A program made the position numbers and the translations under genes. Below, in pieces: positions 62,941-64,000 of a stretch of 64,000 nucleotides of DNA. The notes under the pieces are model-generated. The model was not told where the DNA came from and did not search any database. It saw only the letters and a list, made by a program, of their open reading frames with translations. Position 1 is the first letter of the stretch. Each line of letters begins with the position of its first letter. The DNA is from a virus, in the IMG/VR virus record IMGVR_UViG_3300045988_173816, positions 220,027 through 284,026 of that record. One strand, 5' to 3'.

Positions 62941-63250
62941 TAACTAACTATTCTCTTAGCGCGCAGATTTTAGTTAGTGGAACCTGTTCTTGTTTTCGAA
63001 ATGTTTAATTTTAGTTTTAGGAACAGACATCCATAAAAGACAAAAAGAACAAGAAACAAACGAAACGCGTTCGTTTACAAACTTTGGTTTATTTTGAACT
63101 TGTTTTAATCTGATACCTCTTTTGTCAATGGGTATCGAATGAAAAAAAAATCAAGTTTCGCTTCTATTTAAACCAAACTCTTCCTTATGTTACTTTCGTT
63201 TAATTAGTAGTTGTCAGCTTCTTACCGAACGGGTACATTAGGGAGTTCAA

Positions 63251-63323
63251 TCCACCATAGCTCAGTTGGTAGAGCACTCGACTGTTAATCGAGTTGTCAC
63301 TGGTTCGAGACCAGTTGGTGGAG
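63251..63323 (+). tRNA. tRNA-Asn (anticodon GTT)
   Basis: Acceptor TCCACCA/TGGTGGA, anticodon arm CTCGA-CTGTTAA-TCGAG, T-arm ACTGG-TTCGAGA-CCAGT. Confidence 0.85.
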
Positions 63324-63783
63324 TTCCATTGTGAGATGGAAGATTAAACTATTTTAATTAGAGAGTTATTGTACACTTAGTCTAACTCTCATCAAGAACC
63401 ACGATGGGATTTGTATAGAATATTTAGTACCCTCTAATTAAAATTTTAGAATCGTAGGGGCTACGAGGATAGCTTGGTTTATTTGCATAACCTATGGGGA
63501 CTAATCAGTTAGTTTTCTAAGTCAGTGTATTACCCAAGAAACTTTTACTTGTAATAGACAACATAGGTAGGAGTAGTTCACATTCTGATTACCACCGATA
63601 GCATGGTGCTTATGTTTGGGTCATGGCTTACGTAGACGAGCCGGTAAATCAGCGGAGTTCTTCTTTTGAAGAGTTGTTCGAATCCTTGCGGTGGTATTAG
63701 TTTTTGTGCCACAACGGCGTGCAACGCTTGAGAGAGGGTTGCAGAAGTTCTTAGAGCAAGTTTTTGCTCTTCGTATTTTTTAT

Positions 63784-63858
63784 CGGAATTTAGCGCAGTT
63801 TGGTTAGCGCACGTGTTTTGGGAACACGGGGTCGCAAGTTCGAATCTTGTCTTTCCGA
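63784..63858 (+). tRNA. tRNA-Pro (anticodon TGG), weak acceptor stem
   Basis: D-arm GCGC/GCGC, anticodon arm CGTGT-TTTGGGA-ACACG, T-arm GCAAG-TTCGAAT-CTTGT. Acceptor CGGAATT/CTTTCCG has two mismatches at its base, but the flanking AT/AT extend pairing outward. Confidence 0.6.
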
Positions 63859-63863
63859 TATAA

Positions 63864-63937
63864 GTACCTTTAGCTTAGATGGTTAAAGCTCTCGGCTCAT
63901 AACCGAGTGACCGTAGGTTCGAGTCCTGCAAGGTACA
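63864..63937 (+). tRNA. tRNA with CAT anticodon (elongator Met or Ile2)
   Basis: Acceptor GTACCTT/AAGGTAC, D-arm GCTT/AAGC, anticodon arm CTCGG-CTCATAA-CCGAG, T-arm GTAGG-TTCGAGT-CCTGC. Lacks initiator features. Confidence 0.8.
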
Positions 63938-63947
63938 TTAAAGTTAT

Positions 63948-64000
63948 GGAAGATTACCCAAGTCTGGCTATAAGGGGACGGTCTTGAAAACCGTTAGGTC
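63948..64000 (+). tRNA. tRNA-Ser (anticodon TGA), 3'-truncated by the window edge
   Basis: GGAAGATTACCCAAGTCTGGCTATAAGGGGACGGTCTTGAAAACCG matches the 5' two-thirds of class II tRNA-Ser(UGA). Confidence 0.7.

Larger units (their letters stand above)
420..63136 (+). repeat. dispersed, strand-specific hexamer GGTATC (about 110 + strand copies by hand count)
   Basis: See findings. Example start positions: 420, 1087, 1366, 1741, 2382, 2562, 3147, 3232, 3522, 4232, 4742, 5127, 5668, 5953, 6368, 7064, 8830, 11195, 11429, 12634, 13511, 14119, 14511, 14924, 15224, 15655, 16057, 16402. Confidence 0.85.

Noticed and set aside
63590-63696. Possible long-arm tRNA (8-bp closing helix TACCACCG/CGGTGGTA, TTCGAAT T-loop-like sequence, CTTC-TTTT-GAAG hairpin, a TCA triplet suggesting tRNA-Sec)
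   Set aside because: I cannot form a 5-bp T-stem around TTCGAAT, a 7-nt anticodon loop around TCA, or a 6-bp D-stem. It does not fit a canonical or selenocysteine tRNA fold. It is kept only as part of the structured-spacer observation.
1-64000. GGTATC enrichment as a codon-usage or dipeptide (Gly-Ile) artefact
   Set aside because: The motif occurs in all three reading phases, encoding Gly-Ile, x-Tyr-x or Val-Ser, and also in non-coding DNA. A protein-level explanation therefore does not hold. A formal codon-preserving shuffle is still needed.
1-64000. CRISPR array, retron/DGR (reverse transcriptase) or integrase/att junction
   Set aside because: No regularly spaced direct repeats of 25-40 bp were seen. 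No RT motifs (YxDD) appeared in any ORF. The only recombinase is the IS607 TnpA.

Overview
This is an AT-rich 64-kb segment in which every credible gene lies on the + strand. It looks like part of a large extrachromosomal or virus-like mobile element of a Lactobacillales host. The host guess rests on the encoded HU protein, which closely matches my recollection of streptococcal HU; I could not run a search.

Gene content, left to right:
- A conjugation-type ATPase pair (VirB4-like, 5'-truncated, plus an FtsK/SpoIIIE-like translocase), a SpoVG-like protein and an SNF2 helicase.
- A tnpB-only IS200/IS605-type insertion and a metallophosphatase.
- A replication/recombination block: DnaB-like helicase, CHC2 primase zinc-finger protein, RuvC-like nuclease, a degenerate LigA-like protein, a ParB-HNH nuclease, an orphan N6A methyltransferase, a HolA-like protein and a 1307-aa family-A DNA polymerase.
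- An accessory island with its own promoters and terminators: DUF975 membrane protein, two tandem paralogs, a split HipA-like kinase, and an IS607 element (tnpA + tnpB).
- A signalling/envelope block: FHA protein, PP2C phosphatase, YhaM-like HD nuclease, lysozyme-like protein, Hanks Ser/Thr kinase, a giant surface protein and signal peptidase I.
- HU, followed by a 3.2-kb ORF-free region with nine complete and one truncated tRNA genes separated by unusually long, hairpin-rich spacers.

No capsid, tail, terminase or tyrosine-integrase genes were recognised.

The most striking signal fits no feature class. The hexamer GGTATC occurs about 110 times on the + strand (hand count) against about 5 on the - strand. 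It falls in all three codon phases and in non-coding DNA, and its spacing is far more even than random.

Other leads:
- A family of 49-51-nt tRNA-like minihelices with covarying stems.
- An FHA/PP2C/kinase module matched by repeated EHT(T/S)xL motifs.
- A HipS/HipT-like split kinase cassette.
- Two different TnpB elements.

All coordinates and counts were derived by eye from the sequence and need machine verification.
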